Positions 29,571 through 54,100 of a stretch of 64,000 nucleotides of DNA are shown here, in pieces. The DNA is from Auanema rhodensis (taxonomy: Eukaryota > Animalia > Nematoda), in the NCBI GenBank assembly GCA_964057225.1, contig OZ059898.1, forward strand, positions 5,952,001 to 6,016,000, read 5' to 3'. The stretch's first letter is position 1, and the number at the start of each line of letters is the position of its first letter. Below the pieces are notes generated by a model. The model did no database searches. It was not told where the DNA came from and worked only from the letters and a program-made list of their open reading frames with translations. Made by a program: the position numbers and the translations under genes.

Positions 29571-31708
29571 ATGGCTTCTATCCAGTGCCTCAACCCTAAG
29601 GCCGAACTTGCTAGGCATGCTGCTGCTCTTGAGCTCAATATCAGTGGAGCTCGTGGGCTCCAAGAAGTCATGCGCTCTAACCTGGGACCAAAGGGGACTT
29701 TGAAAATGTAACAGTTTCCAATTTTATGATCGAACTAATATAACAAGAGTATTTCAGGTTGGTTTCTGGCTCCGGTGATATTAAATTGACTAAGGACGGA
29801 AATGTTCTTCTTCATGAAATGGTTTGTGATTTTATCTACAATCAGTACATAATATGATGTTTTAGTCTATCCAACATCCTACTGCCTCCATGATTGCTAA
29901 GGCATCTACTGCTCAGGATGATGTCACAGGAGATGGAACTACTTCAACTGTTCTTTTGATAGGAGAAATGTTAAAGCAGGCTGAGACCTATGTATTGGAG
30001 GTATGTTCAATATATAAAAGTTGTGTAATCATTATTTTAAGGGAGTACACCCACGTCTTCTTACCGAGGGTTTTGAATGGGCCAACACAAAAACTCTTGA
30101 ATTCTTAGAATCATTTAAACAAAATGCAAGTTTTCATTTTTAATAAAAAATAATATTAAAATTTTAGATCACTGTTGATCGTGCTACACTCATTGATGTT
30201 GCTCGCACATCATTACGTACCAAGCTTCACTATAAGTTGGCTGATCATATTACTGAGTAGTCATTTATTCTGAAGTCGATATTATTGATTCTTTTTGTAG
30301 ATGTGTCGTAGATGCCGTTCTCGCCATTCGTACTGGAGATGAAGCACCTGATCTTCATATGGTTGAAAAGATGGAAATGCAACATGAAAGTGATATGGAC
30401 ACTAAGCTTGTCAGGTAGAATTTTTTCAAATTCTTTTTCTATGTCTGTTTACAGAGGTCTTGTTCTTGATCACGGTGCACGTCACCCTGACATGCCAAAG
30501 CATCTTACCGATTGCTATATTTTGACTTGCAATGTTTCTCTTGAGTATGAGAAGACGTAAGTAAAATTAATGGTTACTTTAGTTTATGACTTGAATTCAG
30601 TGAAGTCAACTCCGGTCTCTTTTACAAAAGTGCTGCTGAGCGTGAGAAGCTGTTAGGAGCTGAAAGAGAGTTCATTACTAGAAGAGTACAAAAAATTATC
30701 GATCTGAAGAACCAAGTATGTTCTGGAGATAACTCTAGCAAGAGCTTCGTCATTATTAATCAAAAGGTATCTCTATTTTTTATTTGAAAATTTATTCCAT
30801 CTTCTCAGGGAATTGACCCTCCATCTCTCGATCTTCTTGCATCTGAAGGAATTTTGGCACTCCGTCGTGCTAAGAGAAGAAATATGGAGCGTCTCCAACT
30901 TGCTGTTGGTGGCGAGGCTGTCAACTCTGTTGATGATCTCACTCCTGATGTACTGGGATATGCTGGCCTAGTTTATGAACATACTTTGGTATACCTTAAT
31001 CAGTTGATACTAGTCAATCAAGTTAATTTCAGGGAGAAGATAAATATACTTTCATTGAGGACTGTAAGGACCCTAAGTCCGTAACTCTTCTCATTAAGGG
31101 TCCCAACAAGCACACTATTACTCAAATCAAGGATGCGCTTCATGACGGTCTTCGTTCTGTCTTTAATGCCATTTCAGACAGTACGTTGTGCAATTTAGTA
31201 ACACATATAAATTTTTGTTTTAAGAGGCTCTTGTTCCTGGTGCTGGATCTTTCGAAATCGGCGCTCATTGCATGCTTATAAAGGAAATGCAGAACTTGAA
31301 GGGTCGTGCTAAACTTGGAGCATTGGTTGGATTTAATTTCTTTCAGTTGTATAAATAATTTTTAGGCATATGCTAATGCCCTTCTGGTAATCCCCAAGAC
31401 CTTGGCAATGAACTCTGGATACGATGCTCAAGAAACCATTGTTAAGCTCACTGAAGCTAGAAACGATACTGGTTTACCAGTAGGTTTAGATGTAGCTACT
31501 GGAGAGGGAGCTCAGCCTGAGGCAACAACTTATAGTTTTTGTCTTCTAAATTTTTTTTATTCAGGGAATTTGGGATAACGTAGTTGTCAAGAAGAACAGT
31601 GTTGCTTCTGCATGTGTCATTGCTTGCAATCTCTTGTTAGTTGATGAGGTCATGAGAGCTGGAATGACAAATCTCAAGTCTGGAAACAATCCTATTGCTG
31701 ATGCTTAA
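29571..31708 (+). CDS. cct-6: T-complex protein 1 subunit zeta (CCT6), 13 exons
   Basis: [73 protein letters not shown]. Confidence 0.97.
30126..30167 (+). other. GC-AG intron in cct-6 (42 nt, AAT|gcaagt)
   Basis: The GT at +5 gives a stop; the GC donor gives FKQN|ITVDRATL. Confidence 0.82.
31522..31564 (+). other. GC-AG intron in cct-6 (43 nt, GAG|gcaaca)
   Basis: Restores the conserved TGE..QPE|GIWDN. Confidence 0.87.
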
Positions 31709-32028
31709 TTTCTTATTACCCTTTACGTCTCAAGTTTGTTTTACACGATCTTGATGCCGATTGCCGATCTGTAACGTCTTAGCTTTTTATGTTACGATGT
31801 TTTAACTTTTTGCTATTCCTGCTTTTTTGTTGAGTTTGTTTTTGCAATCAATTGTTTTTTATCTCGCGTGAAGTTTTTAAGACATATTTTCTTGTATAAG
31901 TCAGCAATCTGGTTAATATCCAGGATTATTTAATACCAAAGAGTGAAATCATCGAATAAACTCGAGAAATTCACCGAAACTTTCGTAAAGGTTAATACAC
32001 AAATATTTGAATAGTATTTCGTATATAG

Positions 32029-41017
<8,989 letters not shown>

Positions 41018-43617
41018 AAGATAAGTTATAGTTCTTGAGGAAGCGAGGTATTAAAGCTTGATTTATCTCAGTTTCATGTTCAATTTTGTCCGTCCAGTTT
41101 TGCTTTCTTTTTTTTATTATTTTCATATCAATATAACTTATTCCAACTATATCCCTATCATTAATCGTTTCTTTATTTCTGAACTCGCCACTGTAACGAC
41201 AAGTAACTGAATGCTCTTGTTCTTACTGTCTAAAGCATGCATCCTTTTTATATCTCTTCTCATTTCGGCTTATCTATACGGTTTCATTTGAATTGGCTGT
41301 TTAAATATAATTTTGAAATTACTGTTGTTATATACATTGTTCGAACATTATAATTTGAGTTTTCTTGTCTTTGTTTATGAGCGTATTCGTCACGCTTCGA
41401 AGTATCTTTACATCCACTTGAATATTATTATAATTGTGTAACTTAACATTTGTCTGAAGATAGCTCTTTTTTTGAAGACAAATTGCCTCTTTTGCAGATG
41501 AATGGAAATCGATGGAGATAATTTATGTGTTATAGACATATACATCGAGACTGTGGTTAGTTGTTTTCGTTAATGTAAAGTTATTCCTAGACTGGTTTAT
41601 TCAAGTTTTGACAAAGAATATTTCAATCGTATGGAAGGCTGAGGTAATCCTTGCGGTCTAAATGTTTCTTTCGTCCAATTACAGGCATGGGATTGACCTT
41701 GTTGTATTATTAAACTGCGACCTGGCCCACTCATGGTTACTTTTTCCATTTTATATATTTGGGTTAACATTAAAAATTTCATGTCTTGGTATCTGTGTAG
41801 GGTTCCTCTATCATAGACATGTTTCTAAGTATCAGACTTGCCATGAATAGCTTATAAAACTTCGTTACCCCTAGTGTCTGGACTGTATTGATATGTTTCG
41901 GCAATGTCTTCACTACTTTTAGCTAGTAATATACAATATTTGCTTGTAAACTAGTCGTTCATGAGATGTTTATATTAGCGTCGAATTCTTTTTGTATTAT
42001 ACCAGTGGTGCCAGCCGTTGTCACACTTTTTAGCTCATGTATATTGCTGCCCGCTGAATGTTTCTCAGCTTTAATATCATTCATTTTTTATGAGATATAT
42101 TGAAGTACTAAACTAACTCATCATATCTGAAAAGCATAATAATAATACCTACTCCAAATGAATTCAATGATGAGTATTCCTCTCGTCCAAATATCTGTAA
42201 TTGAATATTCAATTTAGGCCTAATTGCTAATTTATCTAATTTTTTTAATAGTGCTTCAAAATTCAAGAATCTATCTTTCATTAAATATCCAACATTTTTT
42301 TAGTGATCAATTTTTCTATATCTTCTTATCACAGGAAACATCGAAATCTCATGTATTTTACTGATGTATTTCATTGATGTATTTCTTTGATGTATTAGCT
42401 TCTGTTGCTCTACCAGAGTGCAATAAGCAGACAGGCAAGCTATCTCTATTCTGCTATCTCTAGTATCTGCCCACAAATTCGAAAACCCGAGATGAACTAG
42501 TGCTAGTACCATGAATGTATCTGTATAGGGTAGCGGCCGTCATCATTGGGACAGAGGTGGGGATGGAAACAGCAGCTACATAGAATCAGAGAATGAAGAG
42601 AGAGAAGGGAGTGGGAGAGAAAGAAACATATAGAAAGAAAATGTTCAGAGAAGAGAGAGAGAGAAAGAGGGTGAGATAGAGAGACAAACCAGTCCGACTG
42701 ACACGGGGCGAAAACGGAGGCGATGGTGACGACGACACTCGCAGCGGTCTCTGCACAGCTGTCTCTTGAGTGTTACTTTAGCCCTTCACCCATTCACCTA
42801 TTGGAACTTCTTGTCCTCAAAGTTTAAACTTTTTTTCAACTGATTCAATAAGATTCTCAAACTTTTTCTATAAAGGAATAAATCAATAACTATTATTTCC
42901 TTGATAATGTACCAACATTTGTTCTATTTCTATGTTGGTATAATGTTCATCTCGTCATCTCCTGCGAGGGCACGGTGACCGTAAATGTTGCGGACCCTAA
43001 TTGTTTTTTTCGTTGTCACTGTCATCATGCAGGCAGCACTGTTCGATGTGTCTGTTTCTCTCTGCTTGTCTGCTGTATGATGAGATGGTGATGGTATTCG
43101 GGGTCTCGTTCTTCTAAATTCGTAACTGCTCTCCTACGTGATCGTGATGAGAGAGGGGATGATTGTGTGGTGCAGTTCTCCTATATTGATTTGTTCTTTC
43201 TGCTATGAGATTTGATTTAATTCTGCCAATTAGGAAGTTCGAGTTGTTTTTCTGTATGCTGAGCTTGGGCTCTTTTGTTTGTAATCAATAAAACTGGAAG
43301 ATACTTTATTCTTTCAACATATATGTATTCTTAATTGAACTTGTCAATTGATCTATTCGTGTTGGTGGTTGAACATCCTTATTACTACCACTTTGTACTT
43401 TTTTTAAACATATTTTTTATTCTTCTTTGTTTTATCTACTTTCTCTTCGTTATACTTTTTTTCAATCATGTCGTTCAATATTTCTTGTTTACTCTATGTA
43501 TCGTTTTTTTGACCATTATCATAAATGTTTTCTAAGTTTTATCTGATTTCAGATTTTACAGGGAGGGAATTGGAATTTGCGCTTCAACAGAATATTATTG
43601 ATTCTTTTACACAGACT

Positions 43618-46600
43618 ATGACGGACGAGGACTGGCCGTCTCAGAAATTCAGGGATCATGTGATTAATAGGCTGTAAGTTTTTTTTCAGTGATAATTCGG
43701 GTTCCTAACTGATTTAACGGTTTCAGTGAGCCGGAATTGCAAAGAAATCGTCAAAACGCTCCCAATCTTCCCGTTCCTGGAGATGCTCGACAAGTTGAGG
43801 AATACGTGTTCCAAAAATGCGTAACTAAGGATGAATATATGAGAACTATAGCTAAGGTTGCAACATTAGGCATTAATACAACTTCAACTTAACTTCATTA
43901 TAGGTTATTAATGCTATTAACTGCAATTCTAAATCAGCTGCTGTACCTCCTGTATTGCAACCTTCTTCTTTTCATAGCCCTCCATGTTCTACTCCTTCTA
44001 GTGTTAACAGTGGTTCAACTGCGTCTAGCTATAGAACCACTGTTCCTCCAGATCCACAACCAACACAAGTTAGTTCTAGGCTTTATATTTAAACATGTTC
44101 TGTTAGCTTATAAGTTATCAATCCCAAACCCAAATTTTGATATCAAATTCAAAGCTGCATTTAACATTTTTGAATTGTTTTGATATTTATATGTTCGTTA
44201 CCAGGCTCGTAATCAGCAGCAATCGCAACAAGCTCAGCAACAGCATGCTCAAGTACCTGCTTCCATTTCGAGCAATGGTTCTCTTCCACCACAGTCCCAA
44301 CTTTCTCCTGTTTTCTCAACTCCAGACAATGTACCGTATCAACCCCCTATGGGTCAACCTCCACCACAAATGCAGCCTAACTCCCAACAGGTTCACTTTT
44401 GCTTCATGATATAATTAACTTTTTGAACTTCCTTCTTTTATAAATTATAAAGCATGTTGTAATACTTACTTCTAGTTTTTATAACTTCAGGGCCCTATGC
44501 AAGGAGCTAATGGCTATGGGCAGTACAACATGATGCCGCCTCAAGGACAAATGGGTCAATATGATAATCGTATGCTAAAACAACCCAAACAAGTAAGCCT
44601 ACCTATGATCTAAATTATTTTGAAATGTTTTAAAGGAGCCTATTTCTCGTGGTTGGGAAGGGCAGTCTCATCCGTACACTGCTCCACCTAATCAATGGAA
44701 TCAAGGACCATATCCTCCTCTACCTCAACCACCTCAGAGCCACGTTCCCCAGCCAGGTGCTGGAAATCAGGGATCTGTTCTAGAATCTCTAATAAATCAG
44801 CAGCAATTTCCGCCTCAGAGCCAAATAAATGCCAGAACTGTTATGGGTCCTAATGTTGAGTTAATATCCGGAGCACCTGCTAGTATGATAGATGAGCCTA
44901 TGCTAACTCCAGAAGATAAAGCTACTTATAATAACAAACTTGCCCAGCTTCGTCCCTATTGTGATCATATAAGGTTCGATAAAACTTCTTATATTCTATC
45001 TAGATTTTTGTGTCACACAACTTTTCTTGTCGTAATGTTCGTATTTTCTTGCAGGTCTCGAGCTCAACAATGTCGAGTACAAGGAAACAAAGAAGCCGCT
45101 GGAAAATTGGAAACAATGTTGGGTGTTCTAGAAGGAAGAAGAATTGTCAGTCTTGGATATTTGGAGAATTTAGAGAATTGGATTTACAGAAAAGTTGAAA
45201 TGCTGGTTTGAACTTATATGCTTGTTTCCCTTTTATATATTCTATTCCAGCAGGTACCTCAAGGAATGCGCCCTATGCCTCCAAATGGTCATCATCAACC
45301 CTCTCAAAATATGATGATGGGTATGAATGCCCCTGGTGCTGCTCACCCTGTAAGCTATTTCTTCTCATTTATACATAAATTGTAATTTTCAGATTCAACA
45401 TGCTCCTCCTGGTCATGGCTATCCACCCAACATGCCCTCATATATGGGACCACCTCAAGGAATGTGGAATGCACCCCATTTACCTCCTGGTGGAATTATG
45501 ATTCCTCCAGGTGCTCAAATGCCACAACAAGGGGTTCCAGGTCCTATGCATTCAAACTATAACAGAGAGATGGTCGAACACCACCGCCCTTATCCTCCTG
45601 TATCTACTATGAGAAACGTATATATGACTTCATCCTGCAAAAAATATATCAGTAATTTCAGATGAGAAATCAGCATATGATGCGTATGATTAATCCTAAC
45701 GGCCATGTCGGCCATGTGGATAACCTGCCTCCTACAGGTTCAGATGCTCTGAGGATACCTAATTCTACTGCTATGGAACAGCATATGAATACACCTCCTC
45801 CCCCGAATAGCGGAAATATGAATAGTTAGTTAAGGATAATCGATGATTTTTTATATCAATCTAATAGGTTTTGACATTCCCCCTAGTATTGTACATGGTA
45901 GACCTGGCTATCACCCGAATGGAAATGTTGCTTCAGAACATTCCAATGTTGATGATCTCTATAACGTGGAAGATATTCTACCTACACCATTGGAAGCAAT
46001 GAATAACCAACAACCATATCATCAGAATATGACTAATCAAAGTGGTACAGAAGTGCGGAATTTGGTATAATTTTTTAAAATTGATTATTTTTCATAGTAA
46101 TATACTTCAGAATTGTGGATTAAATGAAGCTGCCCGACGTGAAATGGGTTCTTTGGCCGACAGATTCGAGTTTGACAGTGAAGCCAGAGAGAAAAATTGC
46201 GTCCTTGTCAAGTGCAAAATGAGTGCGTGTTTAACGTTGCCTTTGCAGTGAAATCATTCAAACATTTTTTAGGATCTAGTCATGTTCCACAACTACGTCT
46301 TTTAGTTCCTTCTACTTATCCTAACGGGTCAATAACAACCGATAGAGCTGCATTAGATCTAGGTATGTAATATCAGTGATATTGAGGAGAATTATATTTT
46401 TAGATGCGTACTTGTATGATGATCTTCAAAATTTCATTCATGAGCGGTTAGGGCGTGGGGATTTACAGAGTATCACTGATTATTTGAATACTTGGGCAAG
46501 TTTAAATTTAAATTACCATAATATTAGCATTACTATTTTAGGAGACAACTGTTCGTGCTTATTATAACAACCAAAACCCATCCAATATTCCTGTGAATGG

Positions 46601-46643
46601 CTTTGATGATATTTTTAGTTACGAACACCTGCTTAGTAGTTGA
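43618..46643 (+). CDS. mdt-15: Mediator subunit 15 (MDT-15/MED15), about 15 exons
   Basis: KIX domain [50 protein letters not shown]...[15 protein letters not shown]-rich middle, C-terminal [13 protein letters not shown]...YLYDDLQN. Confidence 0.95.
46496..46541 (+). other. GC-AG intron in mdt-15 (46 nt, TGG|gcaagt)
   Basis: Gives ITDYLNTW|ETTVRAY; the GT at +5 gives a short aberrant tail. Confidence 0.75.
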
Positions 46644-49600
46644 GCAAGCTAAGTTCAATGCTTGAACATCAACGGAGTTCAGGGATATAATTCAAGTCAA
46701 GACAGATCACAGTACGAGCAAGTTTTGTGTTGGATAAGGGAGATTTTGTCTTGATATTTATAATTTTCCACATATTTTTTGTTTCCAAATTCTGAACTCT
46801 TATTTCTACACGTGATGTCTCCGCTTACGAAGTTGGTGACAAATTCCACTTATTTTGATTCGTTTACCATTTCTCCTCGAAGATATACATAGTATTCTCT
46901 TCTTCGGCTCCTCATTTTAACGATCTGTTATTTTCTTTCGAGAGTTGCACCTGCAGCTTAGCTTGATTGGTGCTCACCTCCCCAATCCAGACCGACGATA
47001 GTAAGTCGGGATTCATATGTTGCTGTAAGAAAGGTGAACGTTTTTCCATCCAGATGTATTTATATAATTTTTGATTTTTTTCTATATTGATAGATATCTC
47101 TTAAGATTTTTTTCATATTTCTATTACCATGTGCGTTAGAGTTCTCAATATATATGTATGTATAAGTATATATATACATATATACCTTATATCTACTATA
47201 TATATAGTATATCAAATCTTTGTGGATAGCCCTTCTTCAAATTCTGGGCGGGTAGTGGGGTATTTTTTTTCTACTCCAACATCGTTATGCAAATTGATCA
47301 AGATATTGTATTCGGTTCAAACCGTACAAATTTTTGAATTTAATGGTGTAATTATGATTTTATGTTTTGTTGTACAGTAAGATCCATTTGATGGCCGCTT
47401 GTGTGTTTGTACTCCTTCCTCTTTTTCTAGCTTCTCAGTACAAGCATTCTAGTTCAGTTTTTTGTTCAGTATACAGAGTTAGTGGTTACGGATTACTATT
47501 CACGAGTTGTCATCAGTCAATCTTTGAGCTGAACAACCTAATACCTCAGTTATATGTCTTCATCGTGCGATAAGGTTCCGGAAGGCTGACCTAATGTTCT
47601 CGTTAATCTAATATTTTTCTCTTCTCTTTTGTAACCTCTTTATTTTGCTTCAGACGTTTCGAATACTTTGCTTAATTTTTTAAAATTTAGCCTCAGTTCA
47701 TAGATCCGGGTTCTTACTGGGCTTCCCATCCTTTGACCTTAACGTCCAGTCTGCTTGAAAGAGAACTATCGTGATAAAGCCATTTATCTCTTTCTCATCA
47801 TTATGTATGTATTTTAGTTTCTTTTTGGTATCAAAGGTGCACTGTAGTACCCTCGTTCCACAGACATTCCTACTCTGTGATTAAGCTTGATAGTCGAATA
47901 TGCGTAGTTAATCGAATCGTCATTCTAAGTTGTAGACCTCTAAACTTCTATCATTGCCACAGCTGTTTGAAGACATTTATATATTACTTTTCTCTTTTGT
48001 TGTTCCTTTACATCCAGTCAACAAAATGGTTGTTATTTATTTGATGATGTACACAACTTGTAAACATTACGTTTGTCGTCCTTTCTTGCCACAATTTGTG
48101 GTTCAGTGTATTAAGATACATGTATTTACTGAAGCAACAGGTTCCAAAATCCGCAACTTCTCGATTTGATGTTGCGCGAAAAATCTTTTACAGATTTAAG
48201 TGGGATTGTGGCAAGTGTTTTTTTCAAGAAGTGTTGATATAATTCAAAATATTGAGATGTTTTATATTTATTTTCAAGGTTTATTAGGTAAATATACAGA
48301 TGGAAATCAGTGAGCTACATCTTCTTAGATCATGGTCAACAATAGTTGCTGTACATGGGAAAAACGTTATGTATTTTCTACTCATCTTTGATAAGAAGTT
48401 ATCGGCACTGAAAGCAGAGAGCAAAAAAGGCACCCAGAACGAATGCTACTCCAATGAAAGATGCTGGTCTGAAAAATTAAAATTAAACAAGAAGTGAGAA
48501 GTTTGCTGAAAATTAGTACTCTTTACAAATAATTAAATATGATTAAGAAGTCAAAATTTACGAGTCGAATCAACAAAGCTATTTGAATACGGTAGCCGTA
48601 TAGAGTTATGCATTCCCGTTTTGGAAATTGCAATTATGTATGCATGTGCTATTCAATAGAAAAGAAGATTAGTTATCAATAGCAGGTGTTATACATACGT
48701 ATGTAAAATCTTCAAGATTCATAGTAATAATCATTCATTGTAATAATCTACTTCAACCAGCTTATGTATAAGAAAAAAAACTATCTAATAGATATTTCTT
48801 GTTATAAAATATAAAGAAAAGAGATATATGTATATTGCACTATCTATAAATATTCTTTAACAACTGTAGATTATAAATCGGTCAAAAAGTTTTCCCACAA
48901 TCAATTCTTCCTTGAAACATAAACTATGATGATGGTTGTCACGTTAACTAGATGTTCCGTTGGATTTTATATGGCTTAAGAGAATGGATAAAGACAGTTT
49001 TGCTTTCCAGATTAAGCTACCCTGTAGCAAGCTTTTCAGAATTTGTGAACTCAGATTGTCCGTTAAGTACACGTGAAAGACTTGTGTATGCTGTTCCGTG
49101 TTAATGCGCGAAATCGAAGCTTGTGAATGATTGTCAATTTCATGATAAATGAAACGACCGGTCAATTTATCGTAAAGAACATAACATTGGCTAGATAATT
49201 CTACCATATAATGATAGATACAGAAGAAAGTAAAATTAAATAGATTCTCATTGCAAGAAAATGGATAATTTGAAGCTTATTAAGGAATATTTTGAAATTT
49301 CTAGTAAACAAAAATTAATAATATGTGGCATTTATTCTTTCTATCATTATAAGCATTGTTTTTAACTATGATATAGATTTTGTTATCTTTCGTCATTACG
49401 GTGCTCATGATATTTGTTATAATCTTCAACATATCCATGTAATGATTCAGCTTTCAATTTGGAAGGAAATATAAAGAAGCACTTCATCGCTGCGGTGCTA
49501 TTCAACTTCAACAGATTAATCGCTGACTACTCAATGCAGTATTAGGCCCCCACAGTACACGAAAAGGTGGGAAAATCAATAAAAAACTTCTTTTGGCATG

Positions 49601-51064
49601 CATTGCCAGCTATAGAAAATAGACTACGAATAAGATAAAAGGGATGCAAAGAGAAGAGGGGTGGTAGAAAAAAGAAAAAAGCGAAAACGTGAGGGATTCG
49701 GGGGGATGAAGAAATAGAATGTGTACTATGAAATCAAGAGAGAATAGAGCGCAAGAAAACTGCTAAAAATTAGAAGTAACAGAACGGTGAAGATATAATG
49801 ACTTTCAGCGCTTTTGAGAGTAAAATTGACGATAGTTTAAAAGAAAGATGTAGATAAAGTGAGAGAAGGTCGAGAAGGAGACTGCGCCGCGAAGTACATA
49901 AAGAGATTTACTGTGAAATTGTAGATACTTTACGTCCAAGTAACTCTGATCGGCCAGCCACTCTGAACACCTCATGTCTAATTATCAAGATTCTCGAAAA
50001 AAATCGTGAACAAAGTGTAATCTTTGATGCACTCCTAGCAAGAGAAGACACAGGTAGACATTCTTAGGGAACCGTAAAACTTGGGAGAGAACCTAATTAA
50101 TTTCATAGTGTCAGTATAGCTTAAACTCTTTTTTTGAAACCAAAAAGATGGAAATGAAAGAAGGATTTAAGACTTTCTTTGCAGACTAAAAAAGGTTTGA
50201 GCTTTCGAAAAGGTGCAAAAAATGTCTTGTGGTTTGTATCTTTTTGCAAAACCTATCTCTGTATTTGCTGAGCCTGTTCGAAATATCGCAGAAAAAACAG
50301 ACTATGACAAGAATAATGATGTCATCTTCAGAAAACATAAGAAACTCGTATGCTGAGATGGGTGCAGAAATAGGAGAATGACATGAGTAGACAAAGAAAC
50401 AGAAAATGAGCGAAAAAATGAATAAAGCGACGGAGATAATAGTAAGAGAGATGAAGAGAAAGTTAGAGAGATGGACGAAATAAGACAAAGATGACATAGA
50501 ATTGAATTGAGGAGAGGGAGCAAGAAGAACCCAAGAACCATGAAGACAATGTGATCCTATATCTATTAAAAGACTGTTTCTAGTTTATCATTCATGACAG
50601 CAAGCATATGTTATGGCTCCCAGGAGTGTATGCTTTACAATTCTGGTATTATCCTGACTGATGTTTTTTTCACGATGATATCTCATATATGTATACTACA
50701 GTGTAGATCTCAATCTTGATTTTAAAAATATTTTAGCGCTCAGTTTGACCCCTTCCTCCTCCTGTCCTTCAACTCGTTTTTCTTTTTTTTTGAACGTCTT
50801 ACTGGTATAGTCAATGAGTTACGAGCATCAGACCAGGTTCAGATCTGCTTTTGGGTTCTTGACGAACGAGCTAGGTCAAAGTAATGGGATTCCGTTTCCG
50901 GCAATTTCTGGAGAAAAACAGGCAAGCGCGCAGCGAAGTAGGCAACAACAGACAAATCATCATTTTGTGCTTGGCAGTAAATTTTTCGTCCAGCAGTTGG
51001 CTCAAATAGGAAACTGTTATATCGCTCATTACTTTGAATTCAATAAATATTCAACTAATGTACC

Positions 51065-51106
<42 letters not shown>

Positions 51107-54100
51107 GTATATGTATATGTGTACATACAGAAAAGAAATTATTTGGAAAAATTTGAAAAAATCCTTTAATATGTGCAAAAAGTTAAAAAGATTGCTGTTT
51201 ATCAGATGAATAAATGATATAAGATGCTAGTTCCCTTAATGTTAGTTTTGTGGTTCCGCAAAATACGACATGTCATGGTTTTGACGAGTTTCCAACTTCT
51301 TATAAGTTATCAAGAGTCAGAAAAGGAGTGCAAGAAGATATCGATAGATAACTAAAGATTAGGAGAATTAAAGAGAAAGGGGATGAGAAAGACTATGAGA
51401 GAGTAAAGAGATCGAATCAAGTTCTGAGTGCTAACCGACGATGGGCCCCCAAGGGTTGAAGAGAGAAATAGAGTGCCATCTCTTTTTTTGTATATTCTTT
51501 CGACCGATTTCCATAGAATTTTTGAACTCTTTAGAAATATAGAGCAAGGAAAAGAGTATTTCGATAACAGACGAAGAGATAAAGAAAGTGAGAGTGATAG
51601 TCAGATATAGGCGGCAAAAAAAATTTCTTTTGTTTTTGTCTTATAACATAGACCATTTGTTTCAGTTATTGTGAAGACCTCGCAAGTCATTACTCATCTA
51701 CATATCTGTAGCTTCATAATTCTTCTTCTTCGGGTAAAATCTATTTATATACATAGATATACGACTAAATAGATATGTATTTAAGTTATTTGATAAATAA
51801 ATGTTTCATATATATATATATATATATTAAAATAAATAAAACTTTATATGTTACTTGATAGCTTATTGTAATATTCAATGTATTTTTACTATTTTACCTT
51901 TTTTAGTTAATCATTAGAAGACAATTTATATGATCATATTTGCCTTGCTTACTAGTACCCTTTCTCTCGACCCCCACTTTATTCCCGTTGAGAGCTTGTT
52001 CTGGTTTATAGCTAACTGGTCATTAAATTACAATAAGAGGTCAATAGTAATAAGTCTTAAGACATCTTAATAAGAAAATGGCATAATCAACATTTTCCTT
52101 AATTTCAGATTATTCTTGCAATAATTAGAAGCAAAAATTTTTTATTTTCTGATACGTAAGTAAAGATGGTCCGTTTTCAGTTTACTTCCAAAGTTTGCAA
52201 TCCTGTACATAAAACGGATTTTCAAAATTGAAGCAATCAGAATCACATATACATATACATATGTATGTCCCGGACAGCTGTTAGAGACATAGTTATGAGA
52301 AGACTATTAAATTATTCAAATTTGCATGCTTCTCTAGTTGATTGACAAACATTAATCGTTGTTGAGCATGCTCAGAAAAAAAAAGTTTTTTGTATATATA
52401 CATATGTGCATATCTATGTGCATATATGTATGTATTTGTAATGTTTATAGGAAAATTAGTTTTATATATGGATAACTGAAAATAATATGTTTCTTCTTTA
52501 AAAACTGGCTCATAAGCTTAATGTGTATACAGATATAACTGTATGTGGAAGGGTCTTTGGTCTATTTAATGGATAAAATGAAGCTACTTCTGAACAGCAC
52601 TCTATTTCATCAGGCAGTCCAAAGGTTAGCTTCCAATCCTACTCCTGATTTTTCTTTTTTTTTCACTCCAAACCAATTTTCAGTTTAATTCAAAAATCTT
52701 TTTGAATTCATCTTCAGGACTATTTTTCTTTTTATTTCTTTCTATGTAAAACACAAGAGTATTTAGCTAAGCTCAAAGTATATGTTTAACGTCAGTAGCG
52801 ACCGCAATAAATTTTGTTTCTAAGCTAGTGTGCTGTTCTTGAACCAAGCAAAATAGTTAATGTTCAACTAATTCACAAGATAGTGATAGTCTTTAAGGAT
52901 TGCAAACGGTGAGAAAACTGAGAACGAGAGTAGGGAGCTAAAGATAGAAAGAAGAAAAAAAACTGAAAGAAGTCATGTTTATAATTTGAAAATATATCAA
53001 TATGATATCATGATAATATGCTTCAAAATAAGTTAACAAACAACTTTATTTGGCTCATAAATTAATTTCTTTTTATTGTTTTCCATCCCCCCGGGCCTAT
53101 TTTTATTTAAAACGCAAATATTGCCTGAAAAAATGTTTCAAGATCAATAAGTTTCTATTATTGTCTAAACATCCCTTCAATCAGTTCCAGATATACTCAC
53201 AGATGTTTGAGCCGTTTCTAAATCATATTCAGCTGTGAATTTGGTTTTAATTAAATCAGTTACTTCGAGCAAGCAATATGCCAGCTAAACTCTTATCTCT
53301 TTACTATATCGAGATTTTCAAATGAAAATAAAATGAAAACATTGAAAAATGAATATGGTTTGCTATGAATTTTGAGGAAAACAAAGTTTTTTTTTGGAGA
53401 AAAATCTCTTTCCTTGTCTGTATATGTATTTTGCTGATCAAAATAGATCAAAGAATATAAAAATGGAACGAAATGGATATATAGGGATATTGAACCGATG
53501 CAATATGATGCCTTTTTTTCATTTTTTCTAGTATTTCACAGTTTCCCCGCTTCTAAGCAAAGCAAGCTGCAGGCTATTCAACTAGGTGTTTACAAATTTT
53601 ATTTTTTTTATTCCTCTGGCCTATAGTCATTGCTCCTCTCTGCATCGTTACCCTCTGCTCATTTTCATCCTTCCTCCATCGACTATTTTTACTTCAAAAA
53701 TAAAAAAAAATAAACTTTAAGTAGAAAATAAAACATTATAAGCTTGAATGGAAGCTAATTATTTAAGTAATTTGGAAATAAAAAAGGATTAATGCTATAT
53801 AAGGTGGATATTAAGATAAAAAACATTTTCTTTTTTTTTGTTAAAAGACAACAAAAAAATAACATTATACTTCACTAATGACTTCCGGAAGCACATGCAA
53901 ATTATTGTCAACTCGATGAATACTATTATATCTTCTGTTCAAAAATTCAATAAAAACAATAGTTACGCGTTCGTTTTTAGTCATTTAGATTATTTTTTTT
54001 GTTCCAATGTTATAAAGGAAAGTAAAATGAGGTAGGCGATTGAGAATGTTGTACTAGCTTTGTAATTAAAGTTTTAAAAAAGTTTGGCTTAAAGGCATAA

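Noticed and set aside
30853-30865. TTTGGCACTCCG, similar to mir-791
   Set aside because: It lies in cct-6 coding sequence (ILALRR); coincidental.
54029-54052. TGAGGTAGGCGATTGAGAATG, let-7/mir-241-like sequence
   Set aside because: No complementary arm nearby, so no pre-miRNA hairpin.
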